Assembly: GCA_951406725.2 (NCBI GenBank)
Contig: OX597840.1
Span: 14,818,001 to 14,882,000, forward strand
Reading direction: 5' to 3'
Length of the DNA stretch: 64,000 bases
From: Octopus vulgaris
Taxonomy: Eukaryota
Shown: positions 52,743-64,000 of the stretch, piece by piece
Layout: each line of letters opens with the position of its first letter
How positions within the stretch are numbered: position 1 is the stretch's first letter
Notes under the pieces: model-generated
What the model was told of the DNA's origin: nothing
The model's input: the letters and a program-made list of their open reading frames with translations, nothing else
Databases searched by the model: none
Position numbers and translations under genes: made by a program

Positions 52743-53714
52743 GATAGATAGACATACACACACACATAGATAGATAGATACACACATGCACACAGACATA
52801 CACACATGTAGATGGATAGATAAATAGATATATATATATATATATACACACTCACACACACATATAGATGGATAGATAGATAAATATATGCACACACACA
52901 CACAGATGGATAGATAGCTATACATGCACACATACCTACAGATGGATAGCTAGGTACATGCACACAGACATACACACATACACACACATGCACACATACC
53001 CACACGCACACACATGTACATACACACATAGTTCTTGTAATCATGTGCATGTCATAAAATCTTAAATGTTATAGACAAAAATTCCTAAAGAATAATTTTA
53101 AAACATTGCTATGAAGAATATTGTACAGAGGGCGTATGGGTTATTGGGGTGGTGTAGTACCTATAACTTTGTGGTGGTGGTGGTGGGGGGGAACATCTGG
53201 TGCTCTTTGGATTAGTTCCTCTGCTTTGGTCCTCCCCTGACACCTAACCCTCACCTGTGTATCCCCAAAACTGTCTGCATGCAACTGCGACCTCCCCCCA
53301 AGCAATGGCTTCTGCAGGCTGGCTAAACCATGGTGAGGGTAACTGATGACTTTCAACCCTTGGTAAGCTAGGGCTTTGTCTATCTATGCATGTGAGAACT
53401 AGGCCCGTTGGACTGTCTGAAAGAAACCATGAGATTGGTTCAACAAGTAGGAAGATGGACCAGCAAGCATTGTGGGGGTCAGACAGGGCACAGTATAATA
53501 ATCCTTTCTACTAAGGGCACAAGGCCTGAAATTTGGAGATTTGGTGGTAGGGGATAGTCTATTGCATCATCTCTAGTGTTCTACAAGTACTTATTTTATC
53601 GACCTTAAAAGAATGAAAGGCAAAGTTGACCCTGGCGAAGGGCACAGTATAATAATAACAACAATAATAATAATGATAATAATAGCAATAATAATAATAA
53701 TAATAATAATAATA

Positions 53715-54140
53715 ACTCTAAGCAGAAACTGAAGAATTTTTAATTGCAACACAAGACCAAAACCTCCCCATCAGAAATTATAAAAAACTTATAATGAAAA
53801 GAAACATAACAAGTAACTGCAGATCGTGTGGAGATGGACAAGGTGCAATAAATCATATTGTCTCTGGCTGCCCAGTCCTGGCTAAGAAGGAATATATTCA
53901 CAGGCACGAGAGAGTTGGGACCTAGATACACTGGAAGTTATGCCAACACTACGGAATAACAACAGAAAAAAGATGGTATAGGCACACACTAGAAATGGTC
54001 ACAGAAAACAAGAAAACAACTATACTCTGGGATATGCCAATACACACAGATGGAGAAATTAAGGCCAACAGGCCGGATATAGCTGTCAGGGATCACCAAG
54101 ACAAAAATGCTTTCTAATCAATGTATCAATACTAACAGAT
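53715..54140 (+). mobile_element. R4/Dong-like LINE fragment (CCHC zinc knuckle to endonuclease start) after (TAA)n
   Basis: AETEEFLIATQDQNLPIRNYKKLIMKRNITSNCRSCGDGQGAINHIVSGCPVLAKKEYIHRH...ILWDMPIHTDGEIKANRPDI. Confidence 0.9.
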
Positions 54141-54675
54141 GCACTGCCTTGAAGAATTTTTAGTCAAACAAACTAACTATGGTATTTTATTTTTTATAAG
54201 CTGGTACTTATTCTTCCACTCTCTTTTGCCAAACTGCTAAGTTATGGGAGATGTAAGCACACCAACACCAGTTGTCAAGTGGCAGTGGAGTCAAACACAC
54301 ACACACATATGACAAGCTCTTTTAAGTTTCCATATATCACATCCACTAAAAAGGCTTTGGTCAGAAGATGCCCAATGTGCCACATAGTTGGACTGAACCC
54401 AGAACCATGTGGCTGGGAAGCAAACTTCATACCAAACAGCCAAGCTTGCACCTATAGTTTATAATGATCCTTTCTACTATAGGCACAAGGCCGGAAATTT
54501 TGAGGGAGGGGGTCAATGTAATTGACCCCAATGCTCTATGGGTATTTATTTCATTGACCCTGAAAGGATGAAAGGCAAAGTGGCCTTCAGCAGAATTTGA
54601 ACTCAGAATGTAAAGATAAATGAAATGCCATTAATCAATTTGCCCGGAGTGCTAATGACTCAGCCAGCTCACCAT
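54140..54675 (-). mobile_element. SINE B (54140-54452) and SINE A (54466-54675)
   Basis: Reverse-complement matches to both families. Confidence 0.75.
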
Positions 54676-55195
54676 ACAATAATATACAATAATATTTGGT
54701 CCGATGCCCATAGGATGCTGGTAATCCAACACTCTCATTGGCAAAGTTAGCACCTTCACTGCATCACACCCCTACAAAAGTCTCCTGCTTCTGAACACAT
54801 CGGAATGACTAAAACTTTTACCATTCTAGACAACTTTGGCAGTTCTTTGGAAACAATTTTTGTTGCCTCTTGCTTAACCATCATTATCGATTGCTAATCA
54901 TGTATGACTGTGACACAAAAGAATTTTTTCTTTTTTTCATTCTTTATAAATTCACAATGTGGTAAGCTATTAATTCTATTCATCACCACCACCACCGTCA
55001 TGGCACACCACCCCACCGTTTCTTGGATTTTATTTATATATTTTTTTCTTTCTTTGTGAACAAGAATCTGTGAAAGTATTTCAACTGAAAATCTTTAAAA
55101 AAAATGTTATACAGAACGGCAAATGGCACAAGATATAATAATAATAAGAAAAATAATATACATCAATAAAATAAATAAAACATGTGTGTGTGTGA

Positions 55196-55227
<32 letters not shown>

Positions 55228-55332
55228 ATGTGTATATATGTATGTATACAAATCTCTAATATATGTTATCTATAGTCTATGGAGATATAGATAAATAGAT
55301 AGATAGGTTGCTAGGTAGATATAGCTAGATAG

Positions 55333-55363
<31 letters not shown>

Positions 55364-55448
55364 CATACATATATACACACATACATATATACACACATAC
55401 ATACATATATGTATACACACACATATACATATATATACACATATGTAC

Positions 55449-55506
<58 letters not shown>

Positions 55507-56321
55507 GGGGACAGAGACAGAGTAAAAGTGTGGGGAATAAGCAAAATAAAATAAACAAAAGAAGTTTTGAAAGAGGCAAAAAAAAAAGACAATAAAATTT
55601 CTTTTTGAAACTCAAAAATCAGTATAAGTGAATAAAGATAGTGGAGAGAGAATTTGAGAGGAATCTTTTGATTCCAAAGAATAGAATTAATATAATTCCT
55701 GCTTGTGTGTTTTCAATCTGTATTTTATTTTAAATAATACTATATGTCTATAGAGGTGTGCTGTGTGTGTGAGGAACTTGTGTATGTGTGTGTGTGCATA
55801 TATGTGTTTGTGTGTGCGCGCATATATATATATATATATACATACACACACACACATAAGTATACCTCTGTGTTTATGTTTATATACACACATATATATA
55901 TATACATATAAACACATACTCACACACACATATATATATATACACACACATACGCATGCACACACAGATACACACATATACAAACAACATGCATCCCACC
56001 CCCAATTTCATGTATATATAATTGAGTTCGGGTTTACAAAAGAGAAAAAATTTATTCTATGCATGTAGATTCTATTCACTTATTCACCCAGTCACTTCTG
56101 TGTTTCAACATGGCAATATATACATGTATGTGTATACTCACACACACACACATACTCACACTCTTATTTTGATATGTGTGTGTCTGTTTTTGCTATGCTA
56201 TAACCATAGAATAAATCTATAGACTTTTAGCCAATACATGTGTAAATTGAATAAACTTTAAATACACTGGACATTCATAAACAGCTGTCATTTTTTTATA
56301 GAATCTAAATGTGTTTATAAA

Positions 56322-56375
56322 AAGAGCAATCATCTGGGCTTGTTTCAACCCTCATTGAGTTTTCATCAGTCATTG
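56322..56375 (-). ncRNA. Degenerate hammerhead-like motif
   Basis: Minus strand: CTGATGA-aaactc-aat-gagggtt-GAAA-caa...ttg; cleavage side unclear. Confidence 0.35.
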
Positions 56376-57094
56376 ACAACCCTTTCTCTGACTATCTATG
56401 GCGATCTGGTATATAAAGCAGTATTTCTCCTGTTGTTACATTCTGAGTTGAAATTCTGCTGAGGTTAACATTGCCATTAATCCTTGATGAATTAAGTACC
56501 AGTTAAACACTGAGGTCAATGTAATCGATTAGTCCCCACCCTCAAAATTTCAGGCCATGTACCTTTAATAGAAAAGATTATTAATAATATTAATATGCCA
56601 ATTTGTTTTATCGTATGTACCTGACGTGTGTGTCACGCTTAAGAGAAAGAAATTGTTGAAAGAAATTTGGTTGCTTTAATAAAAATTTTAAACTAGATCT
56701 CTTGTGATTTCTGGAAGAGATTTGAAACCACCACCTATGTGGTATTTCTCAACTCCTATGCCTACCGGGCTACCGAAGCAGCAACAATCTTGATGAGATA
56801 ATTAAGATACTTAAATTTGATGCATGTGTTGAATAAAAGAGAGAGAGAGAGTGAGAGGGTATGGCTGATAGGTATTTGAATTTCTTTCTACAATTGAATG
56901 GAAATTGACTCCTGGCTATTAAAGGCCCAACCACACACACACACACAGTTTTAGGTCTTCTACCCATTTGAATTTGGCCATATACCAGATAAGATGTTAA
57001 GTCTTATGTTCCGAAATTTAAATTTTGAATTTGTTTTAATTATAAAATTACACCTCAGCTAAAATGCATCTTTTGGCTTTCGAATACAACCATT

Positions 57095-57612
57095 TCTTTC
57101 TCTTTCTATATTTTTTGTTGAGTTACAATTTCTCTGTTTTGGTCAGAATTTTTCCAATTTCTATTTTCTTGTATCAAGTAATGGATGAAAGCATTTAAGA
57201 AAAAAAAATTAAATTCATAGAGCCAAACAAAATCAAAAATATTAATTCTATTTTCCACTTTCATTAATACTAACAGGAGTGTAGTATGAGAGATATTTGG
57301 CTGTTATTTCTAGCAAATTGAACAGTTCAATTGGCTTATTTGTTGATGTGAAAAAGTAAACAAAAACTAAAAGACACACACACACATATATATGAATGTA
57401 TGTGTGTGTATGTTTATGTGTGTGATAATAAGTGTTGTGTGGTGGAAATAAACACAACTTCTTCCAATATATTTATCAAGTTAGAATTTCTCTGTTTTGG
57501 TCATAATTTTTCCAATTTCTTTTTTCTTGTATCAAGCAATTGATGAAAGCATTTTTAAAAAATGAAATTCATTGAGCCGAACAAAATCAAAAATATTAAT
57601 TCTATTTTTTCC
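57095..57612. repeat. Direct repeat of ~150 bp (57095-57257 and 57457-57612)
   Basis: aatttctctgttttggtca...cttgtatcaag...gatgaaagcattt...aacaaaatcaaaaatattaattctatttt occurs twice. Confidence 0.85.
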
Positions 57613-57809
57613 CTTTACTTTTTACTTTACCACAATATAACTAATTACCATATCCTATACACTGTGTCCTTCTACATTAGGTGAGAATTTCAGAAATATT
57701 TTCATTTTTCAAACAAAAACTGTTCAATACATTCATGTTTTTCAGTTGAAACACTCTGACTCACTTTGGAGATTTATTGTTTTAATAGCAAGTTTTGAAA
57801 TATGGATAA

Positions 57810-58185
57810 TTGCATGAAGGACGCAGCATGAAAGCCTCAGAGTCGAAGGAGAGAAAGGTTGTGTGTGGAAATAAGAAATCAAGATTACATGAGAATGAGA
57901 CAAAGAAACGAAATAAGGCAAGAGGAGAGGGAGCAGATGCTATGGCATAGAAGGAGGGAAAGAAATCAGCAAAGGATAGAACAAATGAGCCAGGACCCAA
58001 GAGAAGTGTATTTTGAAAATAAAAGAGATAGAGATCAACAGAATCGAGGACACATGAGTCAAGAGCAAAAGCAGCTGTACTTAGAAAATATGAGAAACAG
58101 AGCTGGGTCTCTCTCGGCATACCATCAAACCACAAAATCGCACCAACCAGCATCACCACCACCTCTAAGCCTGTCATGTCCATAC
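57810..58185 (+). pseudogene. ORF remnant with 23-residue charged repeats (STPR-like, as in Helitron Rep/Hel N-termini)
   Basis: MSQDPREVYFENKRDRDQQNRGH / MSQEQKQLYLENMRNRAGSLSAY, preceded by IRQEEREQMLWHRRRERNQQRIEQ. Confidence 0.45.
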
Positions 58186-58199
58186 CTACTTATATATTT

Positions 58200-58408
58200 A
58201 CTCTTTTACTTGTTTCAGTCATTTGACTGTGGCCATGCTGGAGCACCGTCTTTAGTTGAGCAAATTGACCCCAGGACTCATTCTTTGTAAGCCTAGTACT
58301 TATTCTATCGGTCTCTTTTGCAGAACCGCTAAGTTACGGGGACGTAAACACACCAGCATTGGTTGTCAAGCAATGTTGGGGGGACAAACACAGACACACA
58401 AACACACC

Positions 58409-58440
<32 letters not shown>

Positions 58441-58870
58441 CGACAGGCTTCTTTTCAGTTTCTGTCTAACAAATCCACTCCCAAGGCTTTGGTCAGCCCG
58501 AGGCTATAGTAGAAGACACTTGCCCAAGGTGTCACACAGTGCGACTGAAACCAGAACCATGTAGTTGGTAAGCAAGCTACTTACCAAACAGCCACTCCTG
58601 CGTCTCCACACAGCCACTATATATACATGTATATATGTATGTGTGTATATATGTATATATTTATGTGTGTGTGTTTGTCCTACTACCACCATCATTGCTT
58701 GACAACCAATGTTGGTGTGTTTGCATCCCCATAACTTAGCTGTTCAGCAGAAGAGACTGATAGAATAAGCACCAAGCTTACAGCACCAGGAGTCAGTTTC
58801 TTCGAATAAAGGGTGGTGCTCCAGCATGGCTACTGTCAAGTGATTGAAACAAGTAAAAGAATAAAAGACT
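58200..58870. mobile_element. SINE B full length (minus, 58200-58601) and a 3' half (plus, 58660-58870)
   Basis: Matches family B. Confidence 0.85.
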
Positions 58871-59217
58871 GCCAGAAGAACATTCTGTACCACTAAACCA
58901 ATAGGGTTCTCTGACTATGTACGATGTATTCTAAGGTTAAATAGTAATTTCGTTTACGTTTGTGTAACTGAGATATTTTGGTTGAATTATAGTTATCAGT
59001 TTTACATTTCTTTCTATATTCTGCAACTGTCACAATATGGAAACACTTCTCATGACACCAACACACAATTTACAGATGCCTACATTTTTTTGCGTTTATC
59101 AATTTATTTTTAATGTGTCCAGCTAGTTATTATTTATTTTTATTATTGTTATTATTATAATTTCTATTATTATTATTATTATTATTATTGTTATTATCAT
59201 CATCATTATTATTATTA

Positions 59218-59385
59218 TGGTGGTGAGCTTGCAGAATCGTTAGCAGGCTGGGCAAAATGCGTAGCGACATTTTGTCTGTCTTGGTGTTCTGAGTTCAAAT
59301 TCCTCTGAGGTTGACTTTGCTTTTCATCCACTCAAGGTCGATAAAATAAGTACTAGTTGAGTACTGGGATCGATATAATTGATAA
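59218..59385 (+). mobile_element. SINE family A after (TTA)n
   Basis: ggtgagcttgcagaatcgttagc...ttctgagttcaaattcc. Confidence 0.75.
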
Positions 59386-59474
59386 AGCAGCTGGAAAAGA
59401 TGTTTTCCTGGGGTTAAAAAGTAGTAAGACAATCTTATTCAGGACTGCCACATTGTGTTGGAAAATAAACTTTA

Positions 59475-59480
59475 CTATTA

Positions 59481-59541
<61 letters not shown>

Positions 59542-59600
59542 TATTATCATTATTATTATCATTATTATTGTCATTATTATTGCTATTATTATTATTATTA

Positions 59601-59652
<52 letters not shown>

Positions 59653-59660
59653 CATCATCA
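59475..59660. repeat. (TTA)n/(ATC)n tract
   Basis: Direct inspection. Confidence 0.9.
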
Positions 59661-59667
59661 TATATAT

Positions 59668-60400
59668 TGAAGAGGCATGGCTCAGTGGTTATAGTGTCGA
59701 GCTTATGATTGAAAGGTTGTGAGTTCAATTCCTGGACCAGGCTACATGTTGTGTTCTTGAGCAAGACACCTTATTTCACATTGCTCCAATTCACTCATCT
59801 GTTGAAATGATTTATGACATCACTGGCACCAAGCTGTATCAGCCTTTGCCTTTCCTTTGAATAACATCGGTGGCATAGAGAGGGGAGGCTGGTATGCATG
59901 GTCAACTGCTGGTCATCTATAAAAACAACCCTAGGCTGTGTGTTTGCCGGTGAGGTGACTTTCTACTGAGGCTTGTACACTGGAGAGAAACCTCTTAGAT
60001 GCACCCATGGTCATTTGTGACCGACAGAGTCGAGTTTTTTATCATATAATTCTACTGAGGCTGGCTTTGCCTTTTATCCTTTCGGGGTCAATAAACTAAG
60101 TTCCACTAAAACACTGGTGGGGTCAGTGTAATCAGTTAGTCATAGCTCCCAAAATTCTAGGTCTTGTGCCTTTACTAGAAAGGGTTATTAAGAAGACAGT
60201 GAGCTAGCAGAACCATTTGAGTCTCAGACACAACACTTCCTGGAATTTCTTTACATTCTGACTTCAAGTCCCACCAAGGTCAAGCTTGTTTTTCTATCCT
60301 TTTGGGGTTGATAAAATGAAGTACCAGTTACATACACGTGTCAATATTATCAACTAGTCTTCTCTTTCTAAAACTGCTAGCCTTGTGACAATATTAGCAT
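59668..60400 (+). mobile_element. SINE with a family D-type head (59668-60035) followed by decayed SINE A units
   Basis: gaggcatggctcagtggtta...gagttcaattcc...ttcttgagcaagacac; then cctttcggggtcaataaa and ccttttggggttgataaaatgaagtaccag. Confidence 0.7.
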
Positions 60401-60892
60401 TATTAAGAAGTTTATTAACTTTGAGATAATAAAATTATGACCAATCAGAAACTGGGGTCAGCTTAATTGACTGTGATCCTTTCCCAAAAGTTCATGTGGG
60501 TGAGAGTCTCCTAATGTAAAATCAAAAACATTATTTGAATAATGATTAAGTTGTGGACTGAAATACTTGGTTGAGAACCCAAGTATTGGTCTCAGGCAGT
60601 TGTGTGTGTGAGGGAGAGAGAGAGAGAATATGAACCGAAGACCCTTTCTTTACATTGTCTGTCCAATTACACATTCAATACAACCAAAGTCGATTATGTA
60701 TTTGTGTTGAAGTGTGTGATGTCTTTATTTCTAAATTGATTGAAAGCATAAAAGAAATGTTGGTAAAGCCCAAACAAATGCGTTTTGGCTTGATTCCATT
60801 TCTCAGTCGACAGGAGAATGAGCAAAGATATGGGATATTGGAGAGAGATAGGATATGAGCGCTAAGAGAAAGAGAGACAGACAGACAGAGAT

Positions 60893-60932
<40 letters not shown>

Positions 60933-60944
60933 ATGTATATATAT

Positions 60945-60998
<54 letters not shown>

Positions 60999-61108
60999 AG
61001 AGAGAGAGATAGAGAGGTGGAGGAGAGTGCGAGTGACAGAGATAAATGGAAATAGGAGATGAAGAGGAAAACCCATAAAATAGGTGTAAGAAGTAACAGA
61101 GGAATGTA

Positions 61109-61218
<110 letters not shown>

Positions 61219-61779
61219 GAAAGGATACAGAGGAAGATGAAGAAGATGGAAGCCTATAAAATAACAATCGATCAAATTATTCGGAATGCCATTCCACATA
61301 ATTACCCAACGTTTCATAAAGTTAACTTGCCGAAAATTATTTGGGATGCTAACCCCCAAATTATTATTATTATTATTATTATTCAGTCCAATATGTTTTT
61401 CATTTTAACAGATGTATCAGTCAATTTGATAGACAGCCATGAAATGTTCTCCCACCACTACTACCACTGCCACCACCATCCGTTACCATCATATTGAATT
61501 GTTAAATGATCCTTGCTCAACTTCGTAGATTTTTATGCAAATAACCTGAATTTTTGCAGTGACACCTTAGAAAATGAAGCTGAGCATGTAAGGAATTGTT
61601 GGGGTTTCCTCAGTTGCAAGTAAGAAGCCATCAGTTGTCAGAAGACCAATTCCTGCTCAGAGGAATGTACTGGGTGCACTTTCTCGTGACACCATCATGA
61701 GATGGGGTGCCATGTCCTGGAGGTGTGTCAGGAAAAATACTAGGACTGGTTTAGAAAATACGGAAATTGTTAACTCTTT

Positions 61780-61995
61780 TGTCTTTTACTTGCTTCAGTC
61801 ATTTGACTGTGGCCATGCTGGAGCATTGCCTTGAAGAATGTTTAGTTGAAGGAATCGAAACACTTTGTTATGGGCATGTAAATACATCAACACCGGTTGT
61901 GTCAAGTGGTGGTGGGCTACAAACATGCACAAAGATACACACATATATATATATATATATATATATGTATATGTATATGTATATGTGTGTATATA

Positions 61996-62038
<43 letters not shown>

Positions 62039-62215
62039 GTGTGTATATAAATATATGCATATATGATGGGCTTCTTCGAGTTTCCATCTACCAAATCCAC
62101 TTACAAGGCTTTGGTCAGCCCAAGGTTATAGTAGAAGACACTTGCTCAAGGAACCACATAGTGGGACTGAACCCAGAACCATGTGGTAAAGAAGCAAGCT
62201 TCTTTAACATACTGA
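61780..62215 (-). mobile_element. SINE family B
   Basis: Reverse complement, both halves with internal (TA)n. Confidence 0.8.
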
Positions 62216-62678
62216 CCTAAAATCAATACAATTACAAGAATTTGATATTTTGGATAAACTCCTTTAAAAGAGTGCTGACAGTCTCCGGTTTGTCCAGGAA
62301 TGGGGATATCCTCAGAATAGTTCCATCCAAAATATCCAGGCGATGCTTCTAGTTGAGCTTTGAAAATCATCATCATCATCAATCATTATCATTCATCCCC
62401 AATCATCATCAATCATCTCCACTCATCACCAATCATCATCACTCATCACCAATCATCATCAGTCATCGTCATCATCATGAACATTTAACATGTGTTTTCC
62501 ATAATGGCATAAGTTAGTTTGAGTGGAACTGGTAAACTGGAGAGATGCAGCAGGCCCCAGTGTGTTTTGGCTTGATTTCTATGACTGGATACCCTTCCTA
62601 ATGCCAGTACATACATACAGACAGATAGATAGATAGATATCTATAAATAGATAGACAGATAGCTATACATATACAATA

Positions 62679-63072
62679 TACATATAAGAGGGATGACTAC
62701 TCCTGGATATCCATTATGCTAGAAGTAGATCCACTATGGTCTTACCTCTAAGAAAGGAATGTTCTCAAGAAAATTTAGCAAACGTCAGAATGTAAGTGAG
62801 CAAGACAAATGAAAAGAAACAAAATATAGATTAATGACAAACCAGTTTCGCTATTAACACTTATGCAAATTACTTACGTAATTGTCTGAAGCTTTCCTTT
62901 CTTTGTGGTAAGACTATAGCAGATCTACTTCTAGCATAATGAATTTCCACGTAGTGGTCATCCCTCTTATATGTATGTAATATAATTTTTCTGAATCTTC
63001 AGATTTTAATATGCTAGACTACTGGTTTTAAATTGATATTAATCAAATTAACATTCAATTTTTCACCCATAT
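62679..63072. mobile_element. Fold-back element (~80-bp diverged arms) plus tail in TA-rich context
   Basis: 62679-62759 is the reverse complement of 62894-62975 (taagagggatgac...cattatgctagaagtagatc...agaaaggaa). Confidence 0.7.
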
Positions 63073-63121
63073 ACAATATATATATATACGTGTGTGTGTG
63101 TGTGTGTATACACATACATAC

Positions 63122-63206
<85 letters not shown>

Positions 63207-63562
63207 TATTTATTTCAGTCATTGAACTATGGCCATGCTGGAATTGTGACTAGAAGTGTCTTTAATCAATCACTAAGCAGTAATGTTCTGAAGGAGATAT
63301 ACAAAACATCATCATTTAACATAATTTTTTCCACACTGGCATGGTTTGGATAATTTGACAGGGTCCAGTGAGCTGCAGGACTGTATCAAACGGCAATGCC
63401 TTCTGTGGCTTGGTTTCTATAGCTGGATGCTTTTCCTAATGCCAACACATAAACACATACATATGGTTACTCTATCCAGATTACAAGTTCTACTTAGAAT
63501 TACTGCTTTCCACTAGTATTCGTTTGTCTTTTACAGCTGCTGAAGTGGACTAAGGTGTTATA

Positions 63563-63920
63563 ATGGAGGCAATTGGATGCAGATCAGTGATCAGGTTTTT
63601 ATACTTGAAAGGTTGTACACCGAAAGAGACTTTTGATGAGACGAAAGAAGTTTATGGTGACGATGCACCATCATATGACATAGTCAAGCACTGGCATCAC
63701 CAGTTCAAATGTGGTTGGACATTGGTGGAAACTATTCCTATTCCTGGACAAGCACATTTCACTTTTGTTGACGACACTATATAGATAGTGGAAGCCACCA
63801 TTTTTGAGGATCACCGTATAAGTATTTGGCAAGTAGCCCAAGAAATGAAGACAAGTGTAAGGTCCATCGAAAAACTCAGTCGCAATCATTTGCACTTGTA
63901 GAAGTTGTCTGCACAATGTG
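63563..63920 (+). pseudogene. mariner transposase N-terminal (HTH) remnant
   Basis: MEAIGCRSVIRFLYLKGCTPKETFDETKEVYGDDAPSYDIVKHWHHQFKCG..., continuing past a stop ...LEDHRISIWQVAQEMKTSVRSI...HLHL*KLSA. Confidence 0.85.
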
Positions 63921-64000
63921 CCAAGAAAATAATGAGAGCTTTTTCAGCAGACTTATCACACAGGGTGATGCATAGATCTATCACTAAGCTCTTGAGATGC

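Noticed and set aside
53230-53350. HDV-like ribozyme in a GC-richer segment resembling a LINE 5' UTR
   Set aside because: I could not build the P1/P3/P1.1 nested pseudoknot by eye

Overview
AT-rich, microsatellite-dense eukaryotic non-coding DNA (intronic or intergenic). The repeat repertoire looks like an octopus/cephalopod genome; this is recognition from the SINE sequences and the (TA)n/(TAA)n density, not a database result. I can support no intact host protein-coding gene: nearly all long ORFs are translations of simple repeats. The window is a mosaic of four tRNA-headed SINE families, 3' fragments of R4/Dong-type (restriction-like endonuclease) LINEs in (TAA)n, RTE LINE/SINE pieces, non-autonomous Helitrons, Tc1/mariner remnants and MITEs, and two piggyBac-type MITEs. 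The most notable signal is a dense set of short, mostly non-coding elements, usually embedded in (TA)n, that carry type-I hammerhead ribozyme (HHR) motifs with a palindromic stem III and often a 5' fold-back. About 15 intact or decayed motifs from several unrelated families are visible, with intact cores at 41921, 50525 and 51464. A decayed GIY-YIG endonuclease ORF followed by an HHR-like motif (9864-10355) links them to Penelope-like retroelements (PLE) or retrozymes. Coordinates were read by eye and may be off by a few bases.
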